Source: Mizuhopecten yessoensis | Lineage: Eukaryota | Length of the DNA: 64,000 nucleotides | Direction of reading: 5' to 3' | Assembly (NCBI RefSeq): GCF_002113885.1 | Contig: NW_018404308.1 | Span: forward strand, 610,961-674,960 | In this document: piece by piece, positions 61,686-64,000 of the stretch | How the letters are laid out: each line of letters begins with the position of its first letter | Position numbering within the stretch: the stretch's first letter is position 1 | Position numbers and translations under genes: made by a program | The notes under the pieces: model-generated | What the model was told of the DNA's origin: nothing | Database searches by the model: none | What the model saw: only the letters and a program-made list of their open reading frames with translations

Positions 61686-64000
61686 ATGTCTGATGAGGAG
61701 GCATCTGATATTGATTGGAGGAACTGGCGGGAGCAACTTATCGAACAAACTGATCTAGGTATGCACTCAACACCGAGACAAACCATGTCGAAGGGGAGCA
61801 GTCGTTATCGAGATTCAGGCATTGAGTCCAAGCGTCAATCTGAAGAAATCGGTACAGAGGAAATGGACATTGCTCATTCATATAGCAGTATGACTGAAAA
61901 TCATGAAGATGTATCATCTCCTGAGATTATAGATCAGGAGATAGAAGAGCTACAGAAGCAATTATGCAGATTAGATGCTCAAAACCAGAGTCTGCGAGCA
62001 AGTGCCAGCAAGTCCTTGATAAAAGATTCATACAGAAGACTCAGCCCAGATACCAGAACTAAGCAAGATACAAGTCCAAGAGTGAGGTTTTCTGATAATA
62101 CTTCTTCCCGTCGGTTGGATCATGATAAGGAGGAAGATGGAATATTTGATAATGTTACCACAAGAGGTACATGTAGGAGTGGACAAAGAAGATCAGCTCG
62201 GATTAACCATAGAAATGATAGGGACGACGCATTAGACAAAGGTTCCGCTTGGGAGAAGAGAAACACCTGGAGAAGGTCAGCTTTAGATCTAAGCGATAGT
62301 GATAACGGGGACCGAGTATCAGAAAGAAAGCACAAAGAGAAATTTATTTCTGTGAAAGCTTCAACTTATGATGGCACCACTCCATGGAGAGACTACCAAT
62401 CTCATTTTGAGGCATGTGCCCGGATTAATCGCTGGACAGAAAGTGAGATGGGCCTATACCTAGCAGTGAGTTTGAGGGGCCAAGCTCAAGGTATTCTTGG
62501 GGATTTACCTGCCAGGAAGCAAGAACATTATTTCTCATTAGTAAGATCTCTGGAAGAAAGGTTTGCCCCACCTAATCAAACTGAGCTGTATCGAGTGCAG
62601 TTACTTGAGAGGAGACAGAGAGCTAACGAGACACTCCCTGAATTAGGCCAGGCAATACGAAGATTAGTTAATCTGACCTACCCCACTGTTGAGGTTAGTG
62701 TGAGAGAAACATTGGCCAAACAGCAGTTTCTTGAGTCCTTAGCTGACTCGGATATGCGTATTCGTATAAAGCAAGCCAGGCCTGAGAATCTTACAGAGGC
62801 AATCCATCTTGCGGTAGAGCTAGAAGCTTACAAGAAAGCAGAAAAACATGGAGATGCGGGTCGCGCCTATCTGAGAACAACAAGTACTGAGAGTACTGAA
62901 AGCACAAAAATGGTTGAGAAAACTGAAATGGAATCAATGTTGTGTAATATCCAGCAGACACTGGAAATGATGCAGACAGATATCAGCAAGCTAAAAGCTG
63001 CAAAGAAAAGTCAAAATCAACCAGACGGTCAAGGAAAGGATATGAAGAACACGAGCACTGGCAGACGTTGCTATAAATGTAACGAGACTGGACATTTACG
63101 TAGGGACTGTCCTCAGCTGAAGACTGGGTCCAAGCAAACCTCATCTGGAGCAGCCAACCCAGTGAAAACTCGAACTAGGAAGCGAAATCATAACAAACCC
63201 GCAGGAATTGGAATTTCATCAGCAGCCCAAGAAGCTGGGTTGTATATCAAAGCTGAAGTACAGAATACCAAAGTGAAGCTTTTGGTTGATACGGGAGCTA
63301 CGGTAACCATATTGTCAAAAGAGGTATATGAGAGAATTCCAGCAGAGAGAAAACCTAGGCTACAGAAGGTTAAAAAGGACATAATGGCCGCTAACGGGAG
63401 TGAATTGGAAGTCCTGGGGTGTGGAGCATTCATGATTAAACCAGAGGGGTGCAAGGATGTCTACTTTGAGTGTGTTGTAGCTAATATCAGCACTGATGGT
63501 CTTCTTGGCCTAGACTTTCTGAAATTGAGGAATGGAATGATTGACTTGAAGAGAGGATCGTTAGTATTGGACGATGGTGAAGTTGACACTAAATATGAAG
63601 GTACACTTGGTTGCTTTCGAGTTTCAGCTGCCGAGAAAGTCATCATTCCAGGTAAAAGTGAGATGATAATTACAGGGAAAATCTGTTCGCCAATTTGGAA
63701 ACCAATAAAAAGCGGTTCTCTTCTTATCGAAGGAGCGGACTCATTCCTGAAAAATGACAAAGCCCTCATAGCCCGTTCTTTGGTATGCAATACGTCTACA
63801 GTGCCAGTCAGAATTATGAATCTCCAAGAAGATCCACAAACAGTCTATCCTGGTACAAATATTGCTCAAGCTAGTCCTGTTAGCAGTGTCATCGAGACAA
63901 TTACCTCGTCTAGTTGCGCCTTTGGGGAGAAACTCAGAGATGACTTGAATCAGTTACTCGATAGAGCAAGAGAACACCTAACTCCAGAACAGAGCAGTAA
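61686..64000 (+). mobile_element. gag-pol: Gypsy gag-pol ORF (gag, CCHC knuckle, aspartic protease), runs off the window
   Basis: Single frame from ATG 61686: YDGTTPWRDYQSHFEACARINRW (62367), CYKCNETGHLRRDC (63069), LLVDTGAT (63288); no stop seen before the window end. Confidence 0.93.

Overview
AT-rich, intron-rich animal genomic DNA; the repeat repertoire is most consistent with a bivalve mollusc (inference). It holds two head-to-head ceramide-kinase-like paralogues with matching exon structure: gene A on the - strand (24109 to below 1417, last exon outside the window) and gene B on the + strand (25204-34738, 12 coding exons, 492 aa). It also holds a complete 7-exon kappaB-Ras (NKIRAS) gene (- strand, 52733-45016, 189 aa), the 5' part of an apparently intact Gypsy LTR retrotransposon (60630-end), degraded LINEs, a tRNA-derived SINE, several MITEs, a 736-nt assembly gap and about 12 minisatellite arrays. 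The most striking pattern is that several minisatellites are built from the exon-intron junction itself, so introns carry arrays of duplicated AG|GT splice sites in all three genes; one array is frame-preserving. Inverted copies of that acceptor array also sit in the preceding intron and bracket the catalytic GGDG exon. Fold-back junctions with templated insertions, typical of template switching, are visible in two arrays. All coordinates were read by eye and no searches were run.
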